The position numbers and the translations under genes are program-made. Under the pieces are notes generated by a model. It had not been told where the DNA came from. It ran no database searches and worked only from the letters and a program-made list of their open reading frames with translations. Of a stretch of 64,000 nucleotides of DNA, positions 30,027 through 39,234 are shown one piece after another. The stretch spans positions 66,122 through 130,121 of the forward strand of contig CAIOVX010000011.1 in the NCBI GenBank assembly GCA_903861835.1. The letters are read 5' to 3'. Position 1 is the first letter of the stretch. Every line of letters begins with the position of its first letter. The stretch comes from Candidatus Firestoneibacteriota bacterium. Lineage in GTDB: Bacteria; Oederibacteriota; D2-FULL-39-29; CAIOVX01.

Positions 30027-31067
30027 TTGGCTAAATATTTCATTTCCGGGGGCTCGGGATTCCTGGGTGTAAACCTTATCAGATACCTTTTGGATAAAGG
30101 GGAAGAGGTTGTTTCCTACGATGTTCTGCCTTTCGATTACCCTGATGCAAAGGACAGGATTACTCATATAGTCGGTGACATAAGGGACACGGGACTTACG
30201 GCGAGGTCAATGCAGGGCTGCGACATAGCGGTTCACACTGCTGCCGCGCTTCCGCTCTACAGCAGCCGCGATATCATGACCACCGATGTTGACGGCACGA
30301 GGAATATGCTCAGCGGAGCTTTTAGTAACGGCATCAAACGGTTTGTGCACATTTCTTCTACCGCAGTGTACGGTATTCCTGACCATCATCCTCTGCTCGA
30401 AAACGATAAGCTTGAAGGCGTGGGGCCTTACGGAAAGGCCAAGATACTTGCCGAAGAACTCTGTCTTGAATACAGAAAGAAGGGGATGTGCGTCCCGATA
30501 ATCAGGCCTAAGTCTTTTGTGGGGCCTGAACGTCTTGGGGTTTTCGCGCTCTTTTATGACTGGGCCAAGGATGGGCGGGGCTTTCCTATGATTGGGAGCG
30601 GCAATAACCGCTATCAGCTCCTGGATGTCTTTGACCTTTGCGCTGCCATCTATCTGGCTGCAACCAAAGAGGAAAGCATAGCTAACGATACTTACAACAT
30701 CGGGGCTAAAATATTCACGACGATGAAAGAAGATTACCAGGCTGTACTGGACAAGGCCGGATTCGGGAAGAAGATAAAGGGTTTTCCTGCCTGGCCGTTA
30801 ATAGCCGCGCTCAGAGTGCTGGAATTCTTTAAACTCTCTCCGCTTTATAAATGGGTATACGAAACGGCTTCAAAGGATTCTTTTGTTTCAATTGAAAAGG
30901 CCGAGAAGAAACTCGGTTTTGCTCCTAAATTCTCTAATAAAGACGCCCTGCTCAGGAACTATGAATGGTATCTTTCCAACCTTAAGAGCTTTGAAGGGAA
31001 GGAAGGGGTTTCGCACCGCGCTCCCTGGAAACAAGGGGTTCTTGGATTTGTAAAACTGCTTTTCTAA
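30027..31067 (+). CDS. NAD-dependent epimerase/dehydratase (extended SDR)
   Basis: SGGSGFLG, HISSTAVYG, YGKAK. Confidence 0.88.
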   Translation: MAKYFISGGSGFLGVNLIRYLLDKGEEVVSYDVLPFDYPDAKDRITHIVGDIRDTGLTARSMQGCDIAVHTAAALPLYSSRDIMTTDVDGTRNMLSGAFSNGIKRFVHISSTAVYGIPDHHPLLENDKLEGVGPYGKAKILAEELCLEYRKKGMCVPIIRPKSFVGPERLGVFALFYDWAKDGRGFPMIGSGNNRYQLLDVFDLCAAIYLAATKEESIANDTYNIGAKIFTTMKEDYQAVLDKAGFGKKIKGFPAWPLIAALRVLEFFKLSPLYKWVYETASKDSFVSIEKAEKKLGFAPKFSNKDALLRNYEWYLSNLKSFEGKEGVSHRAPWKQGVLGFVKLLF

Positions 31068-31106
31068 CCCAAAATCAGCCCGCCGCTAAAAAGGAAGAAA
31101 TGATAA

Positions 31107-33965
31107 ATGACTTTAAACTTTCATAAAGAAGCTGAACGGATACTCTCTCTTGAAACGAAGAGCCGCGTGAATACTCTCGGCGGCTACGGACCTTCCGGCG
31201 AAGTGATCTACGAGAAACACCCCTTCGGGTGTCCTTCTACGCTTATGACCAGCCGCGACAACGGCAAAGCCGTCTTTATGACAAACGGTTCGGTATCCTT
31301 TGAGGTCAAAACAAAAGAAGGAATGGAAGTCACCGTGCTAGCCGGCAGTTTCGACTCGAACGAAAAACACGAGACGGGCGCCCCTTCGGCAAATATCTGG
31401 CTCTCTCTCGAGGCGGGAAAAAAACAGCGGATAACCTCATTAATAAACCCTGGCTGCAACCTTAACTGCGCCCCCGTGTCTATGAAGACAGTCAAAATAG
31501 GCGACCCCGGCAGGGCTATGTGGTATGCCTATGAATTTAGGACAGAGACCGGTGATCGTTTTAGCACGGCAGTAAAATATTCTTTTATAGCCTCAAAACA
31601 CGGCCCGGCCTTTATTCGACAGGGATATATAAAAAACCTCGGGAAAAAACAGCTTAGGGGAGACCTTTGGGCGTATTTCAACATGCAAGGAACTCAGAAA
31701 TTTGTCTACAATAAGGCGCTCTGGTATGACACGGGGATGGCCGTCACTCCGGGAGAGACTGTGGTTTCCTGCCGCGTTCCTTACACCGAGATACTTCAAC
31801 TGAAACGTGTTTCCGGGAAAGCAAGCGGCGGCATAATCATAAAAGAAGCCACCTGCGATTACACGGGTTTTATAGGTGACTCCTCTGCTTTCGCGCTTCT
31901 TCCGCAGGCCGTGCTAAAGGGAAGAATATTAAACGCTTCCGGCAGGAACTTAAACAGGTTTTCTGTCCCGACAGTATCTGCAGTCAGGGCTGTCTTTAAC
32001 CTGGCGCCCGGGAAAAGCGGTGTTTTTGAAGAGAGTTTGCAATACATGACCGATCCCGGTATTGTCGCGAGCTTTAAGTCAGGCTCTTCCTGTCGTTATC
32101 CGGGATATAAAAATGTTGAGAAGGCGTTTTCTTCAGCCGCCAAAAAACTTCTCAAGACCACTCTTGATGCCCGACGCCTCATAAATGGAAAAAAGCCGTC
32201 CGCTGAGGGCTCAAGGCCGGCCTTTGAAATAGAATTCCCGGAGTCCGGGGTGGTTACTGAATATGCAAGGTCTGTTTGGACCGGTGTACAGGAGCTTTAC
32301 GAGAACTGCAGAGCGCATGGTTCTATGCTTGCAGATGGAATTGAGCTTGGTACCAGAGACCGCGGTCAGGATATGTGGCCAAAGATGAAGGAAGACGCCG
32401 CACGCGTCAGAATTGACCTGATCCATGCTCTAAGTTTCAGGTATGTCACGGTAAAGCACGGACATAAATGGTCAGTGCCTCTGACCAGGTTAGAGAAACT
32501 GCACGGCATGTTCCCGCGTCAGTTCCCGAGCCGGTGGTTTGATAGGTCAAAGGCCGTGATGAATGATAACCGCCCATATAATGACAGCGCGGTATGGCTT
32601 TTGAATTCTCTAAGGAAATATGTCAATGAAACCGGAGACCTTGGAATCCTTGAAGAAAAAGTAAAGTGCGTGCGGCTTACAAATCCGGAGCAGCCTGAAC
32701 AATCCGGAATAGCCGGACTTGATGAAACCCTTAGCATTGCCGAAACAGTTCTTGAGATACTTGAAGGCTATGGGCGCCACGCCAAAGATTCTCCTTACGG
32801 GATGGTCCAGATGATGTACGGCGACTGGTGCGATCCTGTGGATATGATGGGCACTTCAATTCCGGGAGACTCTTCAACTAGAGGAAAAGGACGGGGAGTC
32901 AGCGTCAGATTGAGCGCGCATGTTTTTAACAGTATGGTTGAGTTTATAGACATTTTCGGCTCCAAAAGTATTACCGGCAAGGCGTCCGCTGACTTCAGGA
33001 CGCGAGTAGAGAAACTCAAGCAGACCGCAAACGGGATCCGGAAAAACATTATCAGCTTCGGCTGGGAAGGCGGAAAGCTGGGGGCTTTTCTTGACGCGAT
33101 TCACGAGTTCAGGAAAGACGGGACAATACCGGACTATGCTGCCGGAGAGACAGGGTACACGATAGGCTCGCTGAAAGACAGGGAATTTGACGGGATTGAA
33201 CGCCGCGAGCTGCTTACACAGGCGCACTGCATTCCCTTACTGATGAAAAAGAGGGGATACCTGGAGGAAGTAAAGAATGGCTCGGGCATGCTTAAACAGT
33301 TGCTGCGTACGGTTGACGCAGTCCTCTACGACAAAGAATTAGGTTTCAAACTCTTCAGTCCCCCTATCTCAAATGACGTAAATTCTTTGAAACTTGTGGG
33401 CCGGATGGGAATGATACCCGCAGGAACCGCAGAAAACGGAGAGTACCACCACGCCCAGCTGATGATGGATTTCTTCAGGCTGAGTGTGCCCGGAGAGGCA
33501 GACACCGTCTGGTCGCAATTTAAGGCCATTATTTCGGCAACCAGAGATGAGTCTCTTGGCGGACCTTTTGATATGCCGTCAACTTCCTACGCGTCTGATC
33601 CGGATGATCCACATTATGGTAAGGGAATGTATTTCGGGCTCTCAGGTTCCACGGACTGGATTATAGAGTTCCTGCAGGAAATAGCCGGGGTCAGGCTCTC
33701 CCTGAATGATTCCGGCAGTCCGGCGATAGAGGTTAAGCCGAGGCTTCCGGCTGAACTTAAAGGCAGGTTGGTCTTTAGAAGAATAATTCACAAGGCGGCA
33801 GGAACCGGGTTTGAAATGATACCGTTAGAACTGAAGATATCGAGCGCGAGCGGCCTGACTGAAAAAATGAAGTCAGTGAAAATTAACGGGAAATCGTGTG
33901 AGAGGGCTGTTGTTGAATCGTTAAAAGGTGTCAAAGAGGTCAAAATTGATATTATTTACTGCTGA
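31107..33965 (+). CDS. Divergent GH94-like glycoside phosphorylase
   Basis: TRDRGQD, GDWCD, GTAENGEYHHA, SGSTDW parallel the GH94 RDxxQD, DWND, ENGxxYxH, TGSxxW motifs. Confidence 0.7.
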   Translation: MTLNFHKEAERILSLETKSRVNTLGGYGPSGEVIYEKHPFGCPSTLMTSRDNGKAVFMTNGSVSFEVKTKEGMEVTVLAGSFDSNEKHETGAPSANIWLSLEAGKKQRITSLINPGCNLNCAPVSMKTVKIGDPGRAMWYAYEFRTETGDRFSTAVKYSFIASKHGPAFIRQGYIKNLGKKQLRGDLWAYFNMQGTQKFVYNKALWYDTGMAVTPGETVVSCRVPYTEILQLKRVSGKASGGIIIKEATCDYTGFIGDSSAFALLPQAVLKGRILNASGRNLNRFSVPTVSAVRAVFNLAPGKSGVFEESLQYMTDPGIVASFKSGSSCRYPGYKNVEKAFSSAAKKLLKTTLDARRLINGKKPSAEGSRPAFEIEFPESGVVTEYARSVWTGVQELYENCRAHGSMLADGIELGTRDRGQDMWPKMKEDAARVRIDLIHALSFRYVTVKHGHKWSVPLTRLEKLHGMFPRQFPSRWFDRSKAVMNDNRPYNDSAVWLLNSLRKYVNETGDLGILEEKVKCVRLTNPEQPEQSGIAGLDETLSIAETVLEILEGYGRHAKDSPYGMVQMMYGDWCDPVDMMGTSIPGDSSTRGKGRGVSVRLSAHVFNSMVEFIDIFGSKSITGKASADFRTRVEKLKQTANGIRKNIISFGWEGGKLGAFLDAIHEFRKDGTIPDYAAGETGYTIGSLKDREFDGIERRELLTQAHCIPLLMKKRGYLEEVKNGSGMLKQLLRTVDAVLYDKELGFKLFSPPISNDVNSLKLVGRMGMIPAGTAENGEYHHAQLMMDFFRLSVPGEADTVWSQFKAIISATRDESLGGPFDMPSTSYASDPDDPHYGKGMYFGLSGSTDWIIEFLQEIAGVRLSLNDSGSPAIEVKPRLPAELKGRLVFRRIIHKAAGTGFEMIPLELKISSASGLTEKMKSVKINGKSCERAVVESLKGVKEVKIDIIYC

Positions 33966-34000
33966 TTGGCTAAGCGCAGGTAATGAGTTATAATATGAAA

Positions 34001-34029
34001 TTGCTAAAAGAGCAGGAAATTGCTATAAT
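34001..34029 (+). promoter_or_regulatory. Sigma70-type promoter of tRNA-Arg
   Basis: TTGCTA-17 nt-TATAAT with extended TG. Confidence 0.7.
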
Positions 34030-34037
34030 TCAACAGC

Positions 34038-34111
<74 letters not shown>

Positions 34112-34180
34112 TATAAAGCTAAGAGCAAACAACGGACGTTAAATTATAAAACAGGTCTTTAACCGGTACGAGGAGAGCGC

Positions 34181-34615
34181 ATGAAAAAGATAATTACGGT
34201 TTTTCTGATGCTCCTGTCGGTCTCAGTCATTGCCCAAACAGCGGATGATTTCTTCAAGCGCGGTATTGAGGCGGCGCACCACGGCCAACCGGATAATGCC
34301 ATAGAAAACCTTAAGAAGGCGCTGGAACTTTCCCCCGGCCTTGCCGATTATCACCTGAATCTCGGTGTCCTGTATGCCAATAAAAAAGATTATGACAATG
34401 CGATTTTGGAGATTAGGGCTTCAATTAATGCCAATCCCTCAAACGTAATGGCACATTATGTGATGGCCCTGCTTATGGAAAAGAAAAGGGAGAGAGAAAA
34501 AGCTGTCTCGGAGTGGGAAACTGTTCTAAGGCTAAAGCCTGCTGATGACCTTCAGAATACCGCGGAGAAGCATATAAGACACCTAAAAGAGCGTATGAAT
34601 GAAAGGGCTCAATAG
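34181..34615 (+). CDS. Exported TPR protein
   Basis: Signal peptide and three TPR-like repeats. Confidence 0.85.
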   Translation: MKKIITVFLMLLSVSVIAQTADDFFKRGIEAAHHGQPDNAIENLKKALELSPGLADYHLNLGVLYANKKDYDNAILEIRASINANPSNVMAHYVMALLMEKKREREKAVSEWETVLRLKPADDLQNTAEKHIRHLKERMNERAQ

Positions 34616-35170
34616 ATGAAAAAAATCATTCTTGTTTGCCTGTCGCTCTTTATGCTCTTAGGCTGCGCCGTGAGATATTCCGTGAAGAAAGGGTACGATT
34701 TTACAAAAGTCAAACGCATAGCAGTGTGCGAGTTTTCGGGCACCTCCGTTCTTGCAAATTCAGGTGATATAGTAGCCGATGAGTTTGTGCTGCAGATGAT
34801 AGAGAAAGGGTACAATGTTATAGAGCGCAGCAAGGTGAATCTTTTGATCAGAGAAAGGAATCTTGATTCTACGGATTATGGAAGGCTCGGCAAGTTGTTG
34901 GGCGTTGATGCGATACTTACCGGCTCGGTAACCAAGTATGCGGAAGATGCAAGCCGAATGATTTATTATACCGATTCCAGCGGGGTATTGCGTTCCGAGG
35001 CAACTATTTCACGCGCTGTTGTAGGCGTCTCAGCCAGATTGATAGACGTTAATACCGGTGAAGTCGTATGGACCGCCAGGAATGATGATGAAGCGTTCGA
35101 TATTCAGAATGCCGTGAGCTTTGTGGTAGCGGGCTTGCTGGATTCCTTCAAAGCTATAAAACTGCAATAA
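34616..35170 (+). CDS. CsgG/LpoB-like lipoprotein
   Basis: Lipobox LLGC; VIERS, LGVDAILTGSV, ARLIDVNTGEVVW. Confidence 0.8.
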   Translation: MKKIILVCLSLFMLLGCAVRYSVKKGYDFTKVKRIAVCEFSGTSVLANSGDIVADEFVLQMIEKGYNVIERSKVNLLIRERNLDSTDYGRLGKLLGVDAILTGSVTKYAEDASRMIYYTDSSGVLRSEATISRAVVGVSARLIDVNTGEVVWTARNDDEAFDIQNAVSFVVAGLLDSFKAIKLQ

Positions 35171-35181
35171 TTCGGGAAAAA

Positions 35182-36264
35182 ATGGACAAACTGCGATTTT
35201 ACAACTGGTTGCGCCTGATCGGAATATTCCTTTCCATTCTTTTCTTATTATATCTTGCCTATATTATGCGTGAAGTGCTTATGCCTTTTTTTGTCGCTGC
35301 TCTAATCGTGTACATATTAAACCCGGTTGCCGATTATTTTGAGGGCAGAGGGCTTAGAAGAAGCGCCGTAGTTACCGTGCTCTTTCTTTCGCTTATCGCT
35401 ATAATAACAGTAGGTGTCTGCCTCTCGTGGGGTTCTCTAATGGGCGAGTTTGATTATCTTAAAGTCAACCTGCCCAAATACCTGCTAAGCATTAAAGGTT
35501 CGCTCCTGCAAACTGCGGGCATGCTTGAGAAACGGTTGGACTTTTTGCCGAAGGGTTTCTTTTCCGTAATCATAGAGGATAAATTTAAACAGAACCCCGG
35601 CAGTGTCATCTCGGCTGCTCCCGGCCTTATAATTTCCGCCGTTGGCTTTATTATGTCTTCCATAATAGTTCTTTTTACCGTCTTCTTTTTACTTAAAGAC
35701 GGCAAGCTGCTGCGCAAGAGCCTTATACGCGCGGTACCAAATCGCTATTTTGAAATAACGCTTACAATCCTTGACGAGGTTAATACCGCTGTGGGAAATT
35801 ACATCCGCGGCCAGATTACGGATTGCTTAATCATCGGTGCGCTTTCTACAATAGGGCTGGCGCTGATCGGCTTTAAGTACGCCATCCTGGTCGGGGCTAT
35901 CGTCGGCCTCATGAACATGATTCCGTATCTTGGCCCGCTTACCGGAATGATAGCCGGTTTTATGATGGCCCTAATTGACGGGAATTCCCTGCCGATGGGT
36001 TTGAGAGTATTGCTTATCCTTTCTATAGTAAAATTAATAGACGATGCGCTGGTAAATCCGATGGTTGTCGGAAGTTCCGTTGAACTCCATCCGCTGGTAG
36101 TTATATTGTGTATTGCGGTCGGAGAAGCGTTACTCGGAGTTGTTGGTATGCTTATAGCAGTTCCTGTCTTCTGCGCGCTCAAGGCTACATTTGAAGTTCT
36201 GCATAAGGGCTTAATAACCTACGGTATCTGGGAAGGGCAGGGAGCGGAGACGGCAGGAAAATGA
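35182..36264 (+). CDS. AI-2E (PerM) family transporter
   Basis: YILNPV, YIRGQ, IPYLGP, VELHPL, GMLIAVP. Confidence 0.9.
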   Translation: MDKLRFYNWLRLIGIFLSILFLLYLAYIMREVLMPFFVAALIVYILNPVADYFEGRGLRRSAVVTVLFLSLIAIITVGVCLSWGSLMGEFDYLKVNLPKYLLSIKGSLLQTAGMLEKRLDFLPKGFFSVIIEDKFKQNPGSVISAAPGLIISAVGFIMSSIIVLFTVFFLLKDGKLLRKSLIRAVPNRYFEITLTILDEVNTAVGNYIRGQITDCLIIGALSTIGLALIGFKYAILVGAIVGLMNMIPYLGPLTGMIAGFMMALIDGNSLPMGLRVLLILSIVKLIDDALVNPMVVGSSVELHPLVVILCIAVGEALLGVVGMLIAVPVFCALKATFEVLHKGLITYGIWEGQGAETAGK

Positions 36265-36713
36265 CCCACGAAGATTTCATGCTTGAAGCTCTAAAAGAAG
36301 CCCGGAAAGGCAACGCGAAAGGTGAAGTCCCGGTAGGCGCTGTCATTGTGCTTCAAGGAAAAATAATTGCCAGGGCGCACAGCCTTGTCCGCAGTAAGAA
36401 AGACCCCACGGCTCACGCCGAGATACTCGCGATCAGGAAGGCAGCCGTTAAAAATAAATACGAAAGGCTTAACGGCGCTGATATGTATGTAACACTTGAA
36501 CCTTGCGCCATGTGCGCAGGGGCCATGGTGCTCTCGAGGATAGAACGGCTGTATTTCGGCGCAAGCGAACCGAATACAGGAGCTGCCGGAAGCGTTTTTA
36601 ATGTAGTCTCAGATCCGCATCACAATCACAGAATAAAAACCTTCAAGGCTGTGCTTGAGTCTGAAAGCAGCGAGCTGCTTAGAGGCTTCTTCAAAGATAA
36701 GAGGAAGAAATGA
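36261..36713 (+). CDS. tadA: tRNA adenosine(34) deaminase
   Basis: EVPVGAVIV, DPTAHAE, TLEPCAMCAGA, FFKDKR. Confidence 0.93.
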   Translation: MTHEDFMLEALKEARKGNAKGEVPVGAVIVLQGKIIARAHSLVRSKKDPTAHAEILAIRKAAVKNKYERLNGADMYVTLEPCAMCAGAMVLSRIERLYFGASEPNTGAAGSVFNVVSDPHHNHRIKTFKAVLESESSELLRGFFKDKRKK

Positions 36714-39070
36714 GAACCAAAACCGCGGCATACACCGGAGCGGGGTTGCTCATAGCGGCTCTTTCATTCTATCTGCTTACCGTCTGTCCGGTAGTCTATG
36801 TGGGTGATACCGGCGAACTGGTTTCGGCGGCCTATACTCTGGGTATACCGCATCCTCCGGGCTATCCTCTATTCTGTCTTTCCGGCAAAGCCCTGACCTG
36901 CCTGCCTGCCGGGAGTATTGCTTTCAGAGTGAACCTGCTTGCCGCTTTAATGGCAGCGCTCGCTGTCTTGATGTTCTTCCTGCTTTCAAAAAGAGTTTTT
37001 AAAGTTGAGGGAAACTTTAAGGTACTCCTTCTGTTGCTCCTTAGCTTTGTTGCAGCCTCTTCAAGAGTATTCTGGAACCAGTCCGGCATGGCAAAAGGCG
37101 CCCTCTATACTATGACTGCATTTTTGCTCCTATCCTCGGTCTTTGCTTTGGAAGCGTGGAGAAAAAACGGCAGGAATAAGCACTTTATTGTTGCCGCTTT
37201 TCTGGCAGGTCTTTCTGTTGTAAGCCATCAGACGGCGCTGGTCTTTCTTCCGGCCTTTGCAATTTACACGGTTTTTATCTCCATTGAAAAGAAAACTCAC
37301 TATACGGTTTTTATTTTGGGAGCGGCTGCGTTCTCGGCCGGCCTTTCCGTATTCTTTTACCTTATGCTAAGCGCGGCCGGCTACCCTGCCGTAAACTGCG
37401 GCAATCCTTCAACTATTCAGGGAATGCTGCAGCATGTTCTGCGCTCGCAATACGGCGGGCTTACGAAATACCCCAGATCCTTCGAACTCTTTGCTCAAGA
37501 ATTGAGAGCCTGTTTTATAATCTTTACGGCGCAGTTCCCTGTTTGGGTCCTATTTCTGCCGTTCTTAGGTATTCTAGTTTCATGGAGAAAGCAGCTGCCC
37601 CTGCGCTTACTTTCCGCGATTATTATAACAGCCCTCGTTTTCGGACTAATGCTCGGCACTGTCTATGATATTACGGCGGCGATGCTGGAGACTACTGCGG
37701 TTTTTATGCTCCCGGCTTATTTCTTCCTGTGGCTCTGGGCATATCCGGGAGCCGAAAAACTGCTTGGAGACAAGAAACCGGTCTATCTGAAGCTTCTTCT
37801 CTTGCTGCTTGCAATTTCTGCCGTGTTTTACAATGTCTGCGTAAACGGCTCCTATAATGATAAGAGCTCCAATCTCATGGCCGAGAGATATGCGGTTGAC
37901 ACGCTCAGGTCATGTCCCCGTGATTCGGTTATCTTTATGTCGGAAGACAGTCCTATGTATCAGTTGCTTTACGCGAAGACGGTGAACGGAGCTAGACCGG
38001 ATGTTAAGATAGTCGATGAGACAGCAACGGCTTTCAGGACGGTCCTTAGAGAAAGCGACAGAGGTGTTGTTTTTAAGGGTGAAGTATTAAGGCGGGCCTC
38101 GGAATATATGCAGAGCGCGCTTAAGAACGGAATACCTGTACTTTGCACCTCGGAAAGCTCCTTCCTTAACACAAGCAAGTCGGAGCGAACTCCTTCAGGG
38201 CTGCTGTATTTGATGAAAGGCCCTAATATGCGTTCCGGACCCGTAACGGATTTTTGGGAGAACTGCGAGATCCCGGAACCTTCGCCAAAAAGCGATGTCT
38301 TTAACAAAGACATGTACGCCCGGTATCATTTCATGAAGGCGGAAAGCCTCTTTGAGCGCGGAAATAAAAAAAGTTTTATTGAGGAAATGAAAAAAGCGGA
38401 AAGTCTCTCTCGGGATATGGACTGGGTCCGTTCAGAGATGGCTATCATTTACGGAAACAGAGGATTTAAGGCAGAGAGCCTCTCAGCCTATGAGTCAGCC
38501 GCGGCTCTTTTTAGGAATTCTGCCGAAAGAAGGAATAACCTCGCTAATGCCTACCTTGCCGCCGGGCGGATAGCCGAAGCCACAAAGGAATTTGAAGCCG
38601 CCTGCGCTCTGGATAAGAACCTCGCAGCGCCTCGTCATAATCTCGGCAATGCCTATCTCGCGGCCGGAAAGAGAGAAGAGGCGCGAGCTGTTTACGAAGA
38701 AGCCGCGCGGCTTGGTCAGAAGGAAAGCCTTGACGCTCTGAATAACCTTGCCGGCGATCTTGAGAAAAAAGGAATGAATGAGCAGGCCTTTCAGGAATAC
38801 ATTCATATACTTGCAATAGACAAAGGATATGTTTTTGCCTGGATTAACGCGGGAAATATATTTTACAGCCAGAACAAGCTTGATGACGCCATCCGCTTCT
38901 ATTCAAACGCGGCGGCAGTCAGGCCTGATTACCCTGAAGGCTATTTCAATCTTGGAGTTGCGTACTACAAGAAAGGAGACCTTGCCTCGGCTAAGCAGTA
39001 TTGGCAAAAGACATTGCAGATAGCTCCGGCGCACGCAGGAGCGCTTAATGCGGTTAAATTGGTAAAGTAG
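36710..39070 (+). CDS. DUF2723 (TMEM260-like GT-C) membrane glycosyltransferase with C-terminal TPRs
   Basis: VYVGDTGELVSAAYTLGIPHPPGYPL, multi-TM domain, TPR tail. Confidence 0.85.
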   Translation: MRTKTAAYTGAGLLIAALSFYLLTVCPVVYVGDTGELVSAAYTLGIPHPPGYPLFCLSGKALTCLPAGSIAFRVNLLAALMAALAVLMFFLLSKRVFKVEGNFKVLLLLLLSFVAASSRVFWNQSGMAKGALYTMTAFLLLSSVFALEAWRKNGRNKHFIVAAFLAGLSVVSHQTALVFLPAFAIYTVFISIEKKTHYTVFILGAAAFSAGLSVFFYLMLSAAGYPAVNCGNPSTIQGMLQHVLRSQYGGLTKYPRSFELFAQELRACFIIFTAQFPVWVLFLPFLGILVSWRKQLPLRLLSAIIITALVFGLMLGTVYDITAAMLETTAVFMLPAYFFLWLWAYPGAEKLLGDKKPVYLKLLLLLLAISAVFYNVCVNGSYNDKSSNLMAERYAVDTLRSCPRDSVIFMSEDSPMYQLLYAKTVNGARPDVKIVDETATAFRTVLRESDRGVVFKGEVLRRASEYMQSALKNGIPVLCTSESSFLNTSKSERTPSGLLYLMKGPNMRSGPVTDFWENCEIPEPSPKSDVFNKDMYARYHFMKAESLFERGNKKSFIEEMKKAESLSRDMDWVRSEMAIIYGNRGFKAESLSAYESAAALFRNSAERRNNLANAYLAAGRIAEATKEFEAACALDKNLAAPRHNLGNAYLAAGKREEARAVYEEAARLGQKESLDALNNLAGDLEKKGMNEQAFQEYIHILAIDKGYVFAWINAGNIFYSQNKLDDAIRFYSNAAAVRPDYPEGYFNLGVAYYKKGDLASAKQYWQKTLQIAPAHAGALNAVKLVK

Positions 39071-39102
39071 ACGGTGGACGGATGGCAGTGGACAGCTAGA
39101 CG
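39067..39102 (+). repeat. Degenerate 7-bp tandem repeat overlapping the stop codon
   Basis: GTAGACG GTGGACG GATGGCA GTGGACA; same units occur at 48737-48750. Confidence 0.6.
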
Positions 39103-39139
39103 ATGCACAATGGCTTCTAATAAACCTGCGTAAGAGTAT

Positions 39140-39166
39140 GGAGTGCAACGTCAATGACGTTGCGCT
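39140..39166 (+). repeat. REP-like palindrome
   Basis: GG-AGTGCAACGTCA-A-TGACGTTGCGCT hairpin with GGAG head and no U-tract. Confidence 0.5.
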
Positions 39167-39234
39167 ATAGGGTGCATCGTTGCAAATGGCAGATGCTCGG
39201 ATGTTCGCAAAACATAATTGATGAGAACAACCAG

